Of a stretch of 64,000 nucleotides of DNA, positions 61,191 through 64,000 are shown piece by piece; within the stretch, counting starts at the first letter, position 1; each line of letters starts with the position of its first letter. The DNA lies in contig NC_043002.1 in assembly GCF_006345805.1 (NCBI RefSeq), positions 1,860,001-1,924,000 of the forward strand, written 5' to 3'. The translations under genes and the position numbers were made by a program. Under the pieces are notes generated by a model. It searched no databases. It was not told the origin of the DNA and was given only the letters and a program-made list of their open reading frames with translations. Source of the DNA: Octopus sinensis (lineage: Eukaryota).

Positions 61191-62740
61191 GCCCAAGTCA
61201 AAGAGTTACTACAGAGGTGAATTTTTCTTTCCTGACTATGAAACGTACTGAGAGAATATGTCTGACCTCTTAAAATGAGGATTGACAGGTAATAATGGAT
61301 AATATGAAGTGAATTGTAGTGTCGACGGAATACGGCATAGAGCAAGTGATAATTAATTAGATAATAGCTTTCCTAAATGTTAAATAGGAGCTGATATTTG
61401 TTAGCGTAAACACAGTTTAATTAGAAGCAGGCGAATTTATAACCTTAAATCTAGCGATTCCATGACACTAAAAGTCAGGCGATCATAACCAAAGTTTAAC
61501 ATTTTTCGTGAAGCTTCATTGCTTAAGTCGTCAGTTCATAAGACTTTAACTGCTTAAAGAGGACATCGTCCTTTACAGGTACGTGATCTGCTGAATGACT
61601 CGGATATGAAGGCATTCTGTATATTTCAGGGTCTTTGATGGCCCCTAATAGGCAGCATATCTAACAGCATGATGGCATGTCTAATCTCCCATATATATAG
61701 AGCAACAGAAATACATGGAAGAGACCAATGACGGTAGTGTCAGAAATTTTACTTACTTCCCGAACAGTTAATCGTCTGATTTATTGAGAACAAAAATAGC
61801 AGGTAATTCTTCTGTCACGTGTTAATTCGACCAATTAACAGTGTTGAGAAATTGAAACAGAATCCTGCAGGAGACGTATCGCTGATAGGAAAGGATTTTA
61901 AGCAAGGAAATATCTAAGTTGCCATTCACTCACACGTCGCCATCGAAAGCTAACACTAATTTTCTCTCTTTCTCTCTGTATGTTCTGTTAATAAAAATAT
62001 TTGTAGTCACGAGTAAAAATTATAAGTGAATGAAGTAAATAAAAATACTTCTTAATCTTGCTTCGCCTTTTTTCTTTCCCCTAACATAATCCACCATTTG
62101 TGGCAGACACACAAACCATGTATATCATTTTCGGATCATATAACTCGATTTTTTCTGTTTCTTAAAATTAGCATAATAAATACTGTCTTGCTATTCTGCG
62201 ACATTATTATAGTTTTCAATTCATCACATTTTCTTATTTACCAACTTCTATTTCATTCTTATAACATAATTCATATTCAGCCTCTAAACTCATTTGAATT
62301 ATTATTGAGTCTCGTAAGTTGTTATTAAGTCCTTAATTACGCTAAATATAAAGTTGACTTCGTCCTTTTGTAAAACGAAAGTGCGGAGTATTAATCGCGT
62401 ACAAACGCATGAAATATCTGAAACTAAATTCAATGTCGTTGTGTTAATGTAATTTCATGAAGAGAAATTGTTTTACCAGAAATTAATAATTTATCAGATG
62501 ATCTGTTGAATGCTATCATTCATAATTATTTAGTTTCATGGATTATAAAGTTATTTGAAACTTCCATTGGGGTGTATACGCATAATGAAGACAAATCTGT
62601 GTATCTTCCCAGCTTCTGTAACCTTCCAATGACTGATGAAATCTCGCACTGGATTCGCAGCTCATGGCTTGGGAAACCGGGAAACCAGATTTTAGCTTAA
62701 TACTTCGAAGAGTTTTTGTTTATTTACTTTTTTTTTACAG

Positions 62741-62883
62741 ATCTCAGTTCATCTGTCTATCAAACAACTCGTTCATGAACTTCGACAAGAGGAGTTATTC
62801 AGGAACCAATTAAATGGAGCAAGTGTATTATTGCTATCTACACACAGCAAATAAAGAACAATGAACGTACAAGACAAAAAAAG
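62741..62883 (+). other. Candidate 143-nt exon (non-coding, or 5' UTR plus start codon)
   Basis: Acceptor T10-ACAG, donor AAG|GTAAAT; all three frames closed, ATG at 62861 gives MNVQDKK up to the donor. Confidence 0.25.
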
Positions 62884-62987
62884 GTAAATATTGTAGATTA
62901 TAATTAATGTCATTGCACTTCTTTCTTTTTCTTCATCTCCTTCTTCCTCTTCTTCTTGTTTTTCTTCCTCTTCTTTTTTTTCTTCTA

Positions 62988-63063
<76 letters not shown>
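62988..63063. repeat. (TTA)n microsatellite (3' flank of a Dong fragment)
   Basis: Direct reading. Confidence 0.95.
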
Positions 63064-63065
<2 letters not shown>

Positions 63066-63510
63066 CACTCAACAGATTAGACTGTTGGAAAAGAAAAGAA
63101 TTCTAACATCGGGTTACAGCAAGTAACCTTAGATGGCAAGAACCCTCCAAAGCATCCTAGCTGTCCCTAACAACACTGCTTTCTGCAGCTGCACTAAACT
63201 GGGTTTTATTCCTTTTTTCCTCTATCCATCTGTTCAGATCTTTAAGGATAGTTCTCATTGCACCTCTGATGTCTGGGATACATTCTACCCGCACTTTCCA
63301 TAGTCTCTGTAATTCAATAGCTGGTTCCTACTATTTCTTCTATACTTCTCATATTAATTTTTCATGATTTGGGACTGTAAAGTCAATTATCTGGCACTTT
63401 CTATTCTCTTTAAAGTCCGATATCATCTTGTCTTTCTTACTTTCTAGTACTTTACAAGGTTCGTGTTCATACAATTTGTAGATTACAGATTCCCAATGTA
63501 GTCTAACTGG
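63064..63510 (-). mobile_element. Dong/R4 3' fragment (decayed RLE domain plus 3' UTR), not annotated in the ORF track
   Basis: YEHEPCKVLES, KCQIIDFTVP, IELQRLWKV, QLQKAVLLGTARML; ends directly in (TAA)n. Confidence 0.8.
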
Positions 63511-63562
63511 TTGTGTGTATATGAAGAAGAAGAATATGTATGTATGTATGTATGTATGTATG

Positions 63563-63671
63563 TCGTTATTCAGTTTATTTCAAAATTTCTTGCTAATAGA
63601 GTAAGTATCGGTTTCTAACCTAGATCCAAGGTTCCTTCATTGGAATTTCAACATCACCAATAGGGTATTTT
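63563..63671 (-). mobile_element. About 110-bp short element in (CATA)n, second copy
   Basis: Reverse complement CATAC|AAAATACC...GATGTTGAAATTCCAATGAAGGAACCTTGGATCTAGGTTAGAAACCG...GAATAACGA|CATAC. Confidence 0.7.
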
Positions 63672-64000
63672 GTATGTATGTATGTATGTATGTATGTATG
63701 TATGTATGTATGTATGTATGTATGTATGTATGTATGTATAGATTTGTATGTTGTATGCATGCATTCATACATAAACATTCGAAGCGACAAATCGTGTATT
63801 GACGTGGGAGACTATTTATCGAAAATACAACAAATACTATCTCCAACTTTGCAGCCAGAACTATCATCCTTGCTAAATAACTGGTTAATCTTCAGATGAA
63901 TTAACTGAGGGAGTCTTTTATTCACGATCGTACCGGTTTTCTACTGCAACTTGAATATTCCATACAGAGAGATACTACAAACAACATGGCTGGACACAAC

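Noticed and set aside
62628-62665. Hammerhead at CTGATGA-AATC..GATT
   Set aside because: The required GAAA is absent (CGCA) and there is no stem I or III.
3218-63899. Dozens of ORFs made of YI, CV, HT, LSIY, MYVC or poly-I/N/L/Y runs
   Set aside because: Translations of stop-free microsatellites.

Overview
Eukaryotic, AT-rich, microsatellite-saturated genomic DNA with no complete host gene. The repeat families (tRNA-derived SINE starting GGCGCAGGAGTGGCTGTGTGG; dense (TA)n, (TAA)n, (GATA)n and (CATA)n tracts) resemble those I know from octopod cephalopod genomes; that assignment is from recognition only. Contents: a 52-bp satellite (1-905); non-LTR retrotransposon copies of HERO, Dong/R4 (4), CR1-type (2), Tx1 (1) and RTE (3, plus a 3' end); Penelope-like remnants; Tc1/mariner elements (DD41D and DD40D rosa-type, DD34D mariner); hAT and Gypsy fragments; at least three SINE families; and six long inverted repeats. 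The best host-gene evidence is a minus-strand terminal coding exon at 53998-54151. Most interesting observations: (1) the dominant SINE shares its 3' end, including a covarying stem-loop, with the CR1 LINE at 44.7-46.9 kb, pointing to its mobilising partner; (2) an inverted repeat whose two arms together reconstruct a minimal Penelope-type hammerhead ribozyme; (3) different retroelements each sit in their own microsatellite, including a Tx1 in (GATA)n and a discrete 110-bp element in (CATA)n; (4) a satellite packed with STAT (TTCCNGGAA) and kB-like motifs. Coordinates were counted by hand; element edges are approximate.
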